A DNA stretch of 64,000 nt from Phyllosticta citribraziliensis (Eukaryota). The stretch is taken from positions 868,001 to 932,000 of the forward strand of contig NW_027117345.1 of the NCBI RefSeq assembly GCF_038025025.1, in the 5' to 3' direction. Positions 34,737 through 48,424 of this stretch are shown in pieces. The notes below the pieces were generated by a model. The model did no database searches and had not been told where the DNA came from. It saw only the letters and a list, made by a program, of their open reading frames with translations. Each line of letters opens with the position of its first letter. Within the stretch, counting starts at the first letter, position 1. The position numbers and the translations under genes are program-made.

Positions 34737-37700
34737 GGGAGCTGTAGTCTTTGTCGTTGTCGTGGGAAAGATGGAATGGAGAGAGAAGGGGGGGAAAGGA
34801 GTGTATTTGGGACTGCTGTTGGCGTTGGTCTTCTCATCTTGGTCCTCTCGGTCAATCTCGTTTCGTTTTCTTCCTTTCCACCTGTCCCTTTCTATCGTGT
34901 AGTGTTTTTGTAAACGAGCGAGCGAGCGAGCACGACACAGTTGTTTAGATCATACAACACTTTTGAGAAATGGAGTTCAATGGACACAGATTGACAAAAT
35001 TTTTGTGCAATCATCTTTGATCTTTGCCCAGCACCGACAATGGACTTGAGATTGATTCATGCTACGTGCTCGTCTCATGCCTTGTGCGAAAATAGACGCG
35101 TCGATGTTCACATCGTACAGTCTACCTTTGACCAGCCAAATATACCTACCGAGCATGGATTCACACCTATGACATACGCTTTAGAGGAGACACTGCGATC
35201 AAACCTGCTTTGGAAATCGTTAGCGTAAGTCTGGTGCCGGAGAGAAGTGACTGTCTGGGGGCGTTCATGTGGGGTCAGAAAGTATATTGGTGACATGTGC
35301 CAGCCCATCCGAGCGAGGCTTTCGAGGTAGTAATCTAGGTGTTGGTTCTTCCATCACTCAGGGAATGGGGCTCGTAGTGCTGATGTGTCGCGCCATAGAC
35401 ACGTACCTATCTTGCGTTCGATTTGTTGCTAGTGCTTTTTTCGCCCACATCGGAGTGTCAGCGACCTTGAGTCATGCTTGGGATGTTGAAAGTTGGGAAA
35501 AGTAGCAGGGAGGTGTCAGAATGGATGTTGTTTGCATGTGCCAGCACTTGTGGTGTGGCTCTTGTGCTGGATGTGTAGGTTGGTCATCATTGTAGGAGAA
35601 GTAGGCGTGAAGCTTTATGTAAATGCACGTACCTCTTGGTTTGAGAGCTGGGACTGCTGCGGTTGAATCTGCTTTAGGAATCACCAGCGGTTTTCTTTTG
35701 TCCGAGATCACGGGAGACATTGAGGGCAGCAGATTGACCAGTAGATCTGTAGCCAGCAGTGAGTTCTATATACAGAAGCTTGAGGTGGGAATTGGAGACA
35801 GCGGATATATTGTCAGAACGGAATTTTATTTGCATACGCCATCGCTTGTAAAAGCGTGGCTCGCAATCCACGCAAGAACCTTGACTCATCATGGCAACAT
35901 GGGGCGGGAGGTTTCAGGAGGCAATGATGCTACGTACTTCTTGGATGATTATTTCGAGGGAGCGTCAAACTCTTGGCTTGATTGGAGGTTCTGTAATGGT
36001 CAAGTCAGCTGCATGCACCGATATTTTGGGTCGTTTTTGAGGGTATGTGGTATCGAGAGATCAGCAGGGTAGTTTTCTCATGTGCCAACAGATAGTAATA
36101 TGTGGCTTTCAAACAGATGAGAGATATTTGGTCATCATGTAAAGGAAGCAGGTAAAAGGGCCCGCGGAAGCGCATCGACATCTACATACCTCTGTGTTGT
36201 GGCAAAATTGGTGAGAAGTCGGTTTATGAGTGGTTCTAGAGCGACTACAATTAGTAGAGTGTCATGAGATCTTTTCTTGAGGTGGAAACGAAGTTGAGAT
36301 AGGAGTCAGATGAGTGAACGTTTCTCATGCCTCAGCGGAGTACCCTCTTAGCTAGGATGTCTCCCTCTGTGGTCAAATACTAACAAAAACCATCATGTGG
36401 AATTGTATTGAGCTGTCTGCAAACGGGTAACGACGGTTTAGAAATAGAATCGGCAGATTATAGCTTGGAATTACGTAAATCTGGAGGAGGAAAGTCAGTT
36501 GCGTGGATTCGAAACGAGATAGAAACAATGTGTTTTGGAAAAGAAATCAGGAAGTGCTGTGTTTTCATGCATCAGCGGAGACAACATCTCAATAGGGCCC
36601 TCAGTCACTGTGTCAAAACAAAAAGCCGATATTGATCATCATGCGTGGAGAGGTGAAAAGCGGATCGCGAGAGAAGGAGTGGACAAATCTCAATGAAAAT
36701 ATTCGTAAAACACCACCACCGCGACAAATAAATTGGACTGATAAATCAGTCAGCAGGGTTTCCAAGAACTTGAAAGCAAGAGACAAGAATCGACGAGCAT
36801 CAGGGTGTTTTGATCGCATGTGCCATTGCGACAGTGTTTGATGCGCGGCTCTTGGGTTATCTTTCCAAATCGTCATGGAAGAGCGGAGAAATTCGGGTAC
36901 CGTGGCATTAGCACTCACCATTCATTTCGATGGCCATGCCGGAAAACGAGCTTTTGGGTTGTTTTGCGGAGGGCGAGGAGCCCGCGTCATATAGTCATTC
37001 GCTGCGGGTGCTTGGTGATTGCCTCGAGGCTTTCAGACTAGCGTGACGGTTCCCGAATTTTCTAGACCGTTGTTTATATCAAGACACCATGCTAGACAGC
37101 AACAGTATGTTTGTAGAAGCGTTGTGGGCAAGTGAGGTGGGGGAGGAAGGTTCGGCGGCAGCGATAACTCTGACCGGGTTGCGGGAGGGAGACCTGCTTG
37201 CCAAACAAATTAGCTTGAGCTTCCAGAACATTCAATCAGAAGAGAGAAGACGAGCGAGGGTTCAGACTACCGCTCTAGTCCTCAAGTGAGTAGAAACCAG
37301 CACAACACGGCCGTGCTTTGTGCGGTAGTGTTGTTGGGCCTGTTTGATCTGGAATATGATCTTTTTGGCGGATCGATGGATGAGAGTATGCTCTGGCTTA
37401 CCTGTAGAGGAGAAGACGCAAATCTTGAAGGTTAGCAAGGTTGGAGGCGCGACACGATTGCCTCTCGTTGCGGTTGGTGGTGCTTTGAAGGAACCGCTCT
37501 AAGCGGTGAGCTCAGGCTCATTCTTTGAGGTAGATGTAGGGAATTCTGTAAGCAATCTGCAGCCAGAGGCGAGAAGAATCCAGTAACGATGCGAATTTTT
37601 TCGAAGTTGAAGAGCCAGTCTTGAAATGTTGCGACAAGGTGCGAGTGTTTGGTGGAAGCAAACGGAGGGCGAGCAGGGGTGTGGTCCACTAGCGGGACTA

Positions 37701-38559
37701 AGCGAGCAATCGGGCGGGAGCTAAACCAAGACGGGCAGGACGGGCAAGAGTTGGTGGCCGCGGGGCAGGCACAGCAGAGCAACACCTCCCCGTCAAACAT
37801 TTGCCAAAGCACATCTGACCTCTGCAACACGTTTGACATTTCCGACTGACGACCACCAAACGCCAATGAGCAGGCTGCACGTTGGACAGCCCAATCTTCT
37901 CATCCGTTGCTTGTCACACCTCAGCGCCATGGGTGCCATGGCAATGCGAAGACCAGGGTCAGGGCAACCGACATGGATCTGACCAGCCATCTCATCCACC
38001 ACAACCAACCTCCCCCTCCAACCTCGCTCCAATTTTGCGTCTCCGTACAAAAACTGCGTGGCATTCCACGCCTACAATCTTTCTGCCCATCCCCACCTAC
38101 CCACACACACCACCCACCCACTGCTCCCAGACTTCAATCGCTTTTGCGTGGAGCACGTGTGGCTGTTCTTGCATCGCGCGCTAACAAAAGCTAAGCTTTT
38201 GTTTTTTCTCTCTTGCGTCGAGCTGCCTGCTTGACCAAGCTGCCTGGGCCCCGGTCCATCTCCGCTTTGGGGACGTCTGCGACGCTCACATCCCGTCGGC
38301 TGGACCAGTTGTCGTCTGTCTGTCTCTGTCTGTCCTGTCTGTACAGTGTCATAGAACTGTAAGTTTGCCTGTTGTCATCCTCGAATTTACACCAGACCAA
38401 CACTGACACAAATCAGATTGTGATACCCCAGATTCTCCGCCAGTGCTTGCTCTGCTCGGCTACATTACTCCATCTACGTTCGATTTAACACCCCATCGTC
38501 CGCATCGCGAGAACGCCAGCGCAACCCCACCCCTTCGTTGTCATTTGGAATCCGCAACC

Positions 38560-38703
38560 ATGAAGCGCAACCTCGTCATCTTCGTCATCATCATCTCGCT
38601 CTTCTCTGTCATCGCCATCATCGGCTACCTCATCTACCGCCTGCAGTCGCGCGTCGGCTTCGCCCGCCCCACGGCCAGCGAGAGCGAGCAGAGCGAGGCA
38701 TAA
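38560..38703 (+). CDS. 47-aa single-pass membrane microprotein MKRNLVIFVIIISLFSVIAIIGYLIYRLQSRVGFARPTASESEQSEA
   Basis: Strong start context (GCAACCATGA), mostly C/G-ending codons, one hydrophobic helix, and a canonical 5' UTR intron 38359-38416 (GTAAGT..ACTGAC..CAG). Confidence 0.75.
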   Translation: MKRNLVIFVIIISLFSVIAIIGYLIYRLQSRVGFARPTASESEQSEA

Positions 38704-39504
38704 ACTCCCTCCCGAATTCTCCGCTCACGGCCATCTCGCGCAATTCGGGAAACAAATACAATCTGCTGCCATTTTAGGGGAGCCTATTCTTTGGAGCAAG
38801 AGGAGGCGGAGCTGTTCACACGCAGACGTCTACATGTCGTTATGCAGAAGAGCATGAATGAGATACCCACGCACACGCCAACCAGGAGATGAGCAATTGC
38901 CGAGGACAACCGGACGCCGCCGACCTTTGGACAATCTTTCCCTACATTGAATACCTTCTTTTCTTCTTCTTTTTTTGTTATACACAAGCGAGACGGTTGG
39001 AAAGTGGAAAGAAAGGACGGTTTGCAGGCTATTTGGCAGCCTGCCGCTGGACGAGGGATTACGACACGATCGCCGGATATTGGAGGACATACATGCGGGC
39101 ATTTGGGTAGACCTAGGGTTGATTGGGAGTACAGGAGTAAAGGGAGGAGAGAAGCCGGAGAACGGGTGTGAGAGCTCCTGTGACTTTCCCTCTCATGGGT
39201 TTCTGAGGCTCCACTGATGCAGTATATATGCAGGCAAAGTCGGCAGTGACGGCCTCAACGATGAGTGAAATCAAGTCAAACCAATGCCGAGAGACTGGAA
39301 ACTCTGTTGCTTTGCTTGTGCATTGGATTCGGATCTGAGGATAAGAAATCAAGGTGGGCATCTCAGATTTCAACGTACACAAAAACACCCTCTCCGCAAC
39401 GCTCAACACACTGAGTCTGCACCTTCGCTCTTTCCCTTTTCAACGCCGCTCTTCTCATGCTACACGCTACCGCACACCCAAACGCCACCCCATGCTACAC
39501 TCCT

Positions 39505-40256
39505 CTACGCCTTACTCTCCTTCGCCCCCTCCCCCGCCTTCTCCTCAGCCTTAAACCTCAAACTAACACTATTGACACAATGCCTCTCATCGGTCGGCGT
39601 GGGGTAGCCCTCGCCCTTGAAGACGTGGCCCAGGTGGCCGCCGCAGTTGGCGCACACAATCTCGGTGCGCACCATGCCAAAGGTGCTGTCCTCGTGGCGC
39701 ACCACGGCGCCCGGCAGCGTGTCGAAGAAGGCCGGCCACCCGCACCCGGACTTGAACTTGTGCGACGCCGTGTACAGCGGCGCCGAGCACCCCGCGCACG
39801 CGTAGACGCCCGACGAGGGCAGGTGTTTGTCGTATTCGCCGCTGAAGGGCGCTTCGGTGCCTTGGTTGCGGAGGACGCGGAATTGCTCTGCGAGGAGGGC
39901 GCGTCGTGTTAGCTTCCTTTGTGCGTCGTATTATTGCTGGGAGCTATCTGGGAGAGAATGGAGGGTAGATGTGGCTGCAGGTTCAACTTACCAGGCGACA
40001 AAACCGCCCGCCACTCCTCGTCGCTCTTCTGCACCGGGTACGACATGTCGCTGTCTCGTCCGCCGCGAGAGATGCTGGATCCGAAGAGCGCGCCGAGGAA
40101 CGGGATCGAGGGGCCTGCTCGCAGCGAGGTCGTGGCAAAGGCGAGACGCGGTGCTGCTCCTGCTTGCGAAGGGAAGGCGGCCGAAATGCGCCGCGCCGTG
40201 CTGTTGCTGAGGGTGTAGAGCGTCCGGACGAGTGTTGGGAAGGACGGAAAACGCAT
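39505..40256 (-). CDS. MXR2: Methionine-R-sulfoxide reductase MsrB. Exons 40256-39992, 39887-39505
   Basis: [67 protein letters not shown] and RHCVNS. Presequence-like N-terminus. Confidence 0.95.
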
Positions 40257-40584
40257 GGAAGGGCTGTCGGTTGGCTTTTGGTTTGGTAGGCGGTGGATTG
40301 GGGGGTTGTGGCGAGGATGGGGAGTGAGACGAAGAAAGTCGGAGGGATGCTTTGGAGCTGTCGGGTCGGTGGACCTGTGTCATGGCGTCATCGGTTCATC
40401 CCTCGAAGCCCCGCGGCAAAGAAAAGACAGGAACCCGGTCCCTAGTCCAGACGTTCGTGTGGCTCGAGCTTCCATTCCTTTGTTTTCTCCACAGAAGATG
40501 GAGCAGGTTATTCAACTCAGGAGAAAATGCATCCATTTCGATTTCTAGTTCCACGCAATGTTCTTTCAGTACGTCCCGCTACGG

Positions 40585-42683
40585 CTAATGACGCCCAGTG
40601 TGAACATCCTCCTCCTTCTCTCCCGGCAACAGAATCTCATGTCCGCTACCCTCACGCACCATAGTCGCCAGGAATGCTCCCGCGAGCGCAATGCACGCAA
40701 GCATCCACCAAGCAAGGCCTACAACGCCCATCTTCAAGCCCAAACCAAAGATCCAACCGCCGAGCATAGGCCCAAGAGTCCGCGTGCCGCTACTCACTGA
40801 CTGACCGATGCCATGAATTGTGCCCAAAACGCTTGGATGCGGGCAGCAGTTGTTGATGAGGATGGTTGAAGAAGGCAATGCAAAAGTCCGACCGCCCACG
40901 ACGAAGAGGAGCGCTCCTGTGATGGCGATCCAGACCAGTGGGCCTGACGCTGGTTGCGGCGGGGGAGTCTGGGATGGAATGATGCTGAGGAAGGGGATGA
41001 TGATGTACGCCACGGGGAAGAGGAGGAGGAAGAAGCGGTAGCAGCGGACGGTGCCGAGCCTCGTGCTCAGCGGCGGATACACTATGAGCTGAAGAGACAG
41101 GCCGATGCAGCCGAGGATCGCGAGAGCCATGCCGATGCGCGCAGGAGGGAGTCCAAGGCCACCAGTAAAATTGAACGGTAGAGTCTGCGAGTGGTGCGAT
41201 GGCGGCACCGGGTGCTCGGGATCGAAGCGCCCGGTTGACAAAAAGACGAACCAGAGGTTATTGAACGTGCCAATGTGCCATGCCAATATCGCGTGGGATG
41301 AGAATGTGAGCACCACGTTTCGGGTGAAAATGCGCCGGAATGGCAGTTTCTGCATGGGTGCAGGTCTCGAAGTCTGATTATCAGATGTCGTTCCATACCT
41401 TCGGACCCCTGGTCGACCATCTTGACCCGTGGCGGTGGTCTCTGCTGGAAGTGGGTCATAGTCCTTTTTCGAACGCCCGAAACATATTTTGCGACTGATC
41501 CAGCGTCCGATGCGCAATCCATAGTCGGGTTTGTCTCGCAGAGCACTTGAAGTCTGCAACTGTCAGCCATGGCGCTCCAATCTCGACATGGTCAAGGCCC
41601 AGTGCAAAGACGATCGCACACACAACCGGCACTCCATTATTCTTACTTACTTCTTCCATACCAAAGTAAATTGCGCAGGCCGCCGAGAACAAGAATACAG
41701 CGCTCACGAGGTTGGGCAGAGCATAAGGCCATCTCCGCATCCATCCCACGCCGTCCTCGCCACCAAGCCACGAACCTGGACCAAAGAGCCAAGGATATGT
41801 GCCAACAGGGTCGGCCAGTATGCCACCGAGTAGAGGGCCAATAATGACACCAACATTGAAGGTCATTGGCAAGAGGAGAAAGGCACGAGACTGGAACCTC
41901 TTTTCTCTGATAATCTCAGAAATCATTGTCCGCATGACACCAACGTTGCCGTTCAGAGCCCCTCCAAGGCTCCGGAATATCACGGCCGTGGTGAAGCTGT
42001 GCGAGAAGCCGAACCCGAGTGCCGCGATGGTAGTGCCGAGCAGTCCTATAAGGATGACTCTCTTTCGGCCGGCCCATTCGGAGTCTGCGATACGGCCCCA
42101 GAGAATGGCAGTAATAAACTGTGTGGCGCTAAAGGCGCCTTGAAGGATACCGGCCTGGTACGAGATTGTGGAATCGGGAAGCGAAGGATTGAAGCTTTTG
42201 AGCTGATAGAACATGTAGGACTAGTAGTCATTGAATCAGCTATACTGCATGACAGTCTTCTTGGTGACCAATGGTCGTAGCACATAAAACAGGGGTCGTC
42301 AAGAAGCGTCCAAGCTCCTTGGAACAACGAGAACGTGACATATTCAGAGACATTTGAACATCCGCTCTGTGGAAGATGAGGCTCACCTGGAGCGAAGTCT
42401 GGGTCAGAGGCTCTGATAGCCTTGCCAGCGTCAAAATCAAGAGCTGGTCCTTGCGGGGAAGTGATCGCCATGTCACTGGGGGTTCCTTTGCTCTTCCTGC
42501 TTGCTCATCCTCGTCGATGAGAGGTAGTCCAGTCGCTCGCACAGACAGCTCGTCATCTTCCAGGTTGCCAGCTTCCCGCTGCGAGGCTCTTCCTAATAGA
42601 GGCGTCGCCTCGTTGGTTTGTTGGCGCCCGTCTCCTTCGCCAGTGCCATCGTGAGCACGTGATGCATTCTTGGGAGTCACCAT
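40585..42683 (-). CDS. MFS transporter (ZIFL/YCR023C-like). Exons 42683-42387, 42220-41651, 41553-40585
   Basis: LPRKDQLLILTLARLSEPLTQTSLQSYMFYQL, WGRIADSEWAGRKRV, GALNGNVGVMRTMISE, GVIIGPLLGG, YALPNLV and LGTIHGIGQS. Two GT-AG introns. Confidence 0.9.
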
Positions 42684-43681
42684 CGAACGAAATTTTGCTG
42701 CCGTTCTTCAAAGGGTGTGTAAAGGTTTCAAGGCATTGGTGATGATGGATCGGAGGTTGAGCTGAATTGAAAAGTCGGTGGACAAAGCGCCATGGCACGC
42801 CATTTTGGAAGGCCACGCGAGTAGGTGTGTATCCAATGCCTGCAGGCGGTGCCGACTTTGCCGTTGTCGTAAGCAGCAGCTTTGTGGCTAAGCGCGCGCG
42901 CTATCGCCTCCGAAGAAGGAATAGCACAGGCGTGACATGGTTGGCTCGCTGTAGTTAGGTTATGGTTCTGCTGTCGCTGTGCCATGTTCGCTGCGGAGGT
43001 CAAGGCTGCTAGCCGTCGACTCGTGCCGCCCTTGCAGCCGGCCAAATCTTTCTCCTGCCGACCTCCATGTACCGTACCGTACCTCTCTGCAAACCTGCAC
43101 TCACCCACCCACGACTCACTCGGCTGTATCTTCCTGTTCTGAAAGGTTTCGATGCCGAAGAAGGCCATGGCATAAAGTCCGGTTCGTACGCACGTCGATT
43201 TGATTGGGAAGTTGGTGGAAAATTCGTCGCTTTTCGGCTCCTGCGGCTCTTTGGGTCGTGTCATCGAGACACTCCCAGTGGCGAGCTGGTCGAAGTAATG
43301 TGGAGTGGGAAAATCTGCCGCTACTGTAAGGGGGGAGGAGGAGGAGGAGGAGGTTGGTGGGTTTCCTGAGTTCAATCAGTTTTTCTCCTTCATGGGTTTC
43401 GCCGTATCTTCTTTCGATTTTTACACGTCTTTTTTCCGCGGAAGAAATGATGTGGGAAGAGATGGGATGGGTGATTAAGGTCGACGGGAGGTGAGTGTTG
43501 TGGTTTGGTGCGTTGCTCTTGCCGCGAGTCTGCGCCGTTCCGGTTGTCATGAAGGCCAAAAAAACACAGCTGCGAACTGCATTTCCACCAACCCTCTCCC
43601 TCTCCATCTTCCCTTGCAATTTTCTCCGACAACATCTACTGTGACCACACTAGTGGCCAGCTCCATTGGCGACGCGTCACT

Positions 43682-45938
43682 ATGGACGTCCATTCTTTGC
43701 ACCGCCTCAAAGATGCTTGCGCGCATTACTTGTCCATCTTCTACGCCACCATTCTCCAATGGCTCGCCATCATCCATCACTGGCTGCAAGAAAGCCTCTT
43801 GAGCGACCGCCTGCAGAGCCTTGTCACCCTCGTCAAGATCAACTTGCTGCAGCCACTCGTCTTTGAGATAGATCGCGAGTTCTCTCCACAATCATGGCTC
43901 GATCCTCTGAAGCAAAAGGCAGCAAATGCATTCGAGTTCCTCACCACCTCCGGCGACCACCTTTTGAACCACATTCCCGCGCCCGCATGGCCGAGCCTTG
44001 GACCTTTCCGCGACGCAGCTTCAAGCCAGTTCGAGTCACTGGTCACGGCCTTTCGAGTCTATTTCGACAAGCTTCGCGGATCAGCTCTGGCACGACCACG
44101 TTACTTGCTTCGAAGTGCAGCTCGAAAGTCCCATCTCATCCAGACTGGCATTTTCGAAAATGATCACCATCTCAAGAAACGATTCAATGCCACATTCATC
44201 ATACAGTCGCTGGATGTAGGGGGCTATCACATTGAGGACGTCACAAAAACAGGAATCTCGAGCTTTAACACGGCCAAGGACGCGTTCTCCGCCCATCTGA
44301 GCCGGACATGCAATGCCGTGTCCCATTTCTGTGGGGTTTTCCTCCGTATAGCTGCAGCTGGTGTGCCTCTCGTGGTCAGGTTCTTTCGCGCTTTGCTCGA
44401 CAGCGTGGGCGCTCTCATCGAATCTTCGGAAACCCACATCACTTCGCTGCTCGCTTTGTGCAAGATCTGGATCTCGAGTTGTTTCAAGATCTTCGCGTCA
44501 GGAGGAGAGGTCATTCTGACGAATCGACGGCTTCTGCTTCAGTCCGCGGTCTTTATACTGGCGAGTCTTCTTGTCTGCCTCCTCGTCACGCTTGTTCCTT
44601 GGTATAACCTGGCCAAAAAGCTGCATTTCAAGCTCAGACTCCGCGACCCTCGAATATCGAGACAGCAATCCCGCGCTACGCTGAAATCGTTGGCCTTGTC
44701 GACCATCCGTCATACAGTCTCATTCGTTCAGAGTGTTGTAAAGGTCTTTGCCGTCGTCTTCACCGCGCTCAAGTACTTCGTGTGTACACCCGTCGACACG
44801 CTTATTCTCCTAGGCTTTGTCACTGCATACGTTCTCTTGGATCCCTTCAGGATAATCGGTCGTTTCTCCCTGTTGGATGAGTTGTGGTTGAGCATGAAAC
44901 TCGGAAACAACATGCCCGGTGCTTGGGTTACACATATGGACCAACAGCCTCGGAAAGGTCTTTTCAGGAGCACCCTGCAGCTCGAAGCGTACGTATACTT
45001 TTGCTACGAGGCTTGGTCATAAAAGTCGTGGCATAAACTGTAGTGGATAAATCAGCTAACAATATTCCAGCCCACCGGCACCTGTAACCTTCTCATCTCT
45101 CCCCAGGACCATTCGAAGCCGCATCTACGAGCTCGCTCTCACCGACCACCACGGCTTCAAATGGGACAACCGCATGAAGACGCTTCGCTCCAACCTTTCG
45201 CCGTCGCTCCTCCGGGTCTCATACGATACTCGCCGGTCCACGCTGCCCATCCCCTTCAATATGAACAAGATTGTTATCGATACAAGCTCCAAGGAGCTGC
45301 AGCTTGCTGTCCCTCCAGAACTGCAAAGACATCTCTTGCCGCAAGACCAGCCTTGCGGCCGCGAGCAGCTGCTCGACCTCCTCACATCGCTGCGTATCCC
45401 TCATGCATCCAGCCCACCAACGTCTCCAACGCACACTTGCAGCTCCAGCTCCAGCTCCGCTGGTGCCGATGACGACACCGACGAGGACACCGACGTTTCC
45501 TCCCCACGTCCGAAGCAACCGCTCCCGCACATTGGGCGCCTGCTCAGGACTGGCGCAACGCCCTGGGTCGTCGAGATCCGCGAGCCCTACACGCGCGTCT
45601 GGTCCTTCGACATCGCCGCCATCGTGGCGCACCTGCCTCTCGCCCCCTCGCTCATCGTCAACTACACCATCACGATCCCTCCCGGCCCACCGCATCCACT
45701 CTCCAGAGCACAGCGCCTCGCCAGCCAGCTGACCACCGCTGCGTACCTGGGAAGTACTGATCGCCGCTTCCACGTTTACATTGAAGGATTGGAGCATTGG
45801 GAGGATTTGGTGGCGAACAGTATCCTGGGGATGGGCGGCGTGGAGGATGCGCATGGCTTTTTGGCCGAGGGCCCCACGGACCTGAGGCGTGAGGTGACCA
45901 GGGTGGTGCGCGCGGTTGAGAAGATGAATGCGCATTAG
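43682..45938 (+). CDS. Hypothetical membrane protein with an F-box-like motif. Exons 43682-44988, 45071-45938
   Basis: Intron 44989-45070 (GTACGT..GCTAAC..CAG) joins the 446-aa and 254-aa ORFs in frame. Hydrophobic segments are followed by TFSSLPRTIRSRIYELAL. Confidence 0.6.
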
Positions 45939-46461
45939 CGGTGTGGGGATGAATTTTGAGGGGCGACGACGTGGATTGGTGCGAGGTTCAAGTTCGAGGT
46001 TCTTGTACATTATTACATAGCCAGCACACAGGGTCTGGTGCCGAGATTGGGGGATGCAATGGAAACGAAGACAATGAGGAGAATCAACATGCTGTAAAGT
46101 GATGCAAAAGGGAAAAGAGAAAAGAGAAACTCGGATTCCTTGGAACTAGGATAGAAAGAAGCATTCCAGCTCGTCGGAGCCAGAGAGATACCAAAATTTC
46201 GTGCTGCCGCTTGGAAAGCAAATGAAAAGGCAAGTAGCTGTTGACCCGAAACGCCATGATCGCTGTTGAATGGCCCCTCTAGTCGCGCTGAGAATTTTTA
46301 GCAGCAAGTCGCTGCACGGGAAATGAAGCAGCAAGCGAAAGTGAAAAAATGACGAAATGCTGGGGATATAAGCGACGAAGCAAAAGCAAGGGGGTATATG
46401 GGCGCTAATATCAAGGGAAAGGAAAAATGCAATCCGCTCTTCAAGTCGTTCGTGGAGTCTT

Positions 46462-48424
46462 CTAGACCGAGTGTCCCCGCATGTGCTGGCGGGGGTCTAC
46501 CCACTTCTCGCGAGAGGGGAAAGAGAATGGCTCTTCTTTGCTGAAAGTAGGCCTCAGCGAAGAGAAGACTGGGCTGTGGTGACGCGCAGGATGGAATGCT
46601 TCTTCTTGGGCCATCGGATCAAGAAACGACGAGTCTCGGGCGCGGAGAGAGGGAATCTTGAGCGTGGACTGAGTCTTGTAGAGGATGATGCCGGCCATCA
46701 AGACGATCGCAGTCAACAAGCTCCAGAAAATGAAGCATGTCAACTTGGACTCTGTTGGGGGGATCGAGAGGCTCAGCTCGAGGTTGAACACCCTGGCCAG
46801 CATGGAGAGATCCGTGGACTCGACCCAGGTAGCAGCACCTGGAAAGCTTGTTAGCCATATGCAACGTGAGACGGAGACTCCTTGGACGTACCGGCGCTGC
46901 AAGCAAGGGCAGCAGCCAAAAAGACGCTCACTCTGCTCAATATAATGATAGCCAGAGACAGGCCTAACCATGTCGCAAGGACTGATCCGATGCCGGCGAA
47001 AGGAAGATCTTTGATCTTTTGTGAATTTTCTTCGATGACGTGTTGCTGGGCAAGTAGGCTCGTTCCTATGGCGGTTTGATTCTCCATGATGAGAGTTTGA
47101 ATCTCTTGGAATGTACGCTGACCCTCTAGGGCCTGTTGAACCAACAGGAGTTGCTGCTTCACGAACTCCTCAACACCCAGAACTCGCTCAGCCAGGTCTC
47201 GGACGGTGGTATCCCGGACATTCTCCAAGGCATGCTGGACAACCTCTACCTGGCCCTGATGGTGACCCAAAGCGGTGTCTAGGGAAGCCGCACGCTCGTT
47301 GTCTTTGGAAATCGCGTCATCGAAGAGTTGGGTGAGTCCATCTTGAAATTGCCGAACCTGTGCTCCTGCGTCTTTCAGATTCTAGAGCGAGTTAGCAACG
47401 TTGGCATTGGTGAGCAAAGAGACATACCACATCGAGAGCATCGGCATCATTCTTGAAAGCATCAAGATACTTCTGGAACCCGAGGAGCACCGAATGTGCT
47501 GAAGACTCGAATTTGGCGAAGATGCTGGTGACGACCTGGTCCGATTGCGCCAATGCCGCTTCGTTCTGGGAGATGACCTCTGACTGAAATTGATGTGCCG
47601 CTTCTGTGAAGGCCTTCTGCTGGCTGAAGGCGGCTTGCACTTCGTGGATGATCTGGACCAGAGATTCGGCTGCGCCTGATTGAGCGTCGGTAGCTTCCCT
47701 CAATTTCCTGAGATACTCATCTGCTGCAAAGTAAGAGGGCGTCCTTCGTATGAAAATATGCAGCAGCTCCATGGTACTTACCGTTTTCCACCGCCGCCCT
47801 GCTTGCTTGACAGATGATGATGGCGTTGGATCTCGCATTGCTGAAACTGGTCCAGCGCTGTGGATGGTTGAAGAGGGCATTGGCGCAAGTCTTCAATTCC
47901 TGCTGAGTGAAATTGGGGTAGCAGAGGCGCCTTGGTCCTCCCTTTGTCTGCTTCATGTAACGGTCGAAAAATCCTCTTGGCTGGGAACTTCTGCACGCGT
48001 CGACTGAAGGAACGAACGGGCTGCATTCCCTGGGAACCCCGTCCTTGATGCCTTGCAACTCACAGACTGCCAACCTGGCGGAGTATTCCTTTTTGATCAC
48101 ATCCATGGGGTTCTGAGAAGCGGAGTGGGAGCCGGAGCCGGTCATCAGATCAAGCGATTGACACGAGTCGATCAGAGTCGTCGTTGCGAGCTGCTGACAT
48201 GCAGGTGAAGACTCCATGTCACGGATGCGCTTCTGGGCCACTTCAAAGACCTGAGGCTCATAGACTGGAGCCCGAAGGAGCATGTCAACCAAACTCTCCG
48301 AATAGACGTCAGGCGAAGTGAGGACTGCATTTTCAATCCTTGAAGGCGCGACTGCGGCGTCAGCGGTCAGAATCAGAGCAGTAGGTAGCGTCGATATCAA
48401 TAAGGCCCAAAGTTGCGTGAGCAT
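46462..48424 (-). CDS. KAR5: Nuclear membrane fusion protein Kar5/Tht1 (GEX1/Brambleberry family). Exons 48424-47782, 47720-47428, 47381-46892, 46838-46462
   Basis: Signal peptide and a Cys-rich domain (SPACQQLATTTLIDSCQ..YSARLAVCEL..VPREC..CANALF..QRWTSFSNARSNAIIICQASR), then coiled coils and C-terminal TM helices. Three GT-AG introns. Confidence 0.88.

Noticed and set aside
42728..43375. 215-aa minus-strand ORF upstream of the second MFS
   Set aside because: Non-ATG start, no codon bias or domain. Likely leader sequence, though a uORF cannot be excluded.
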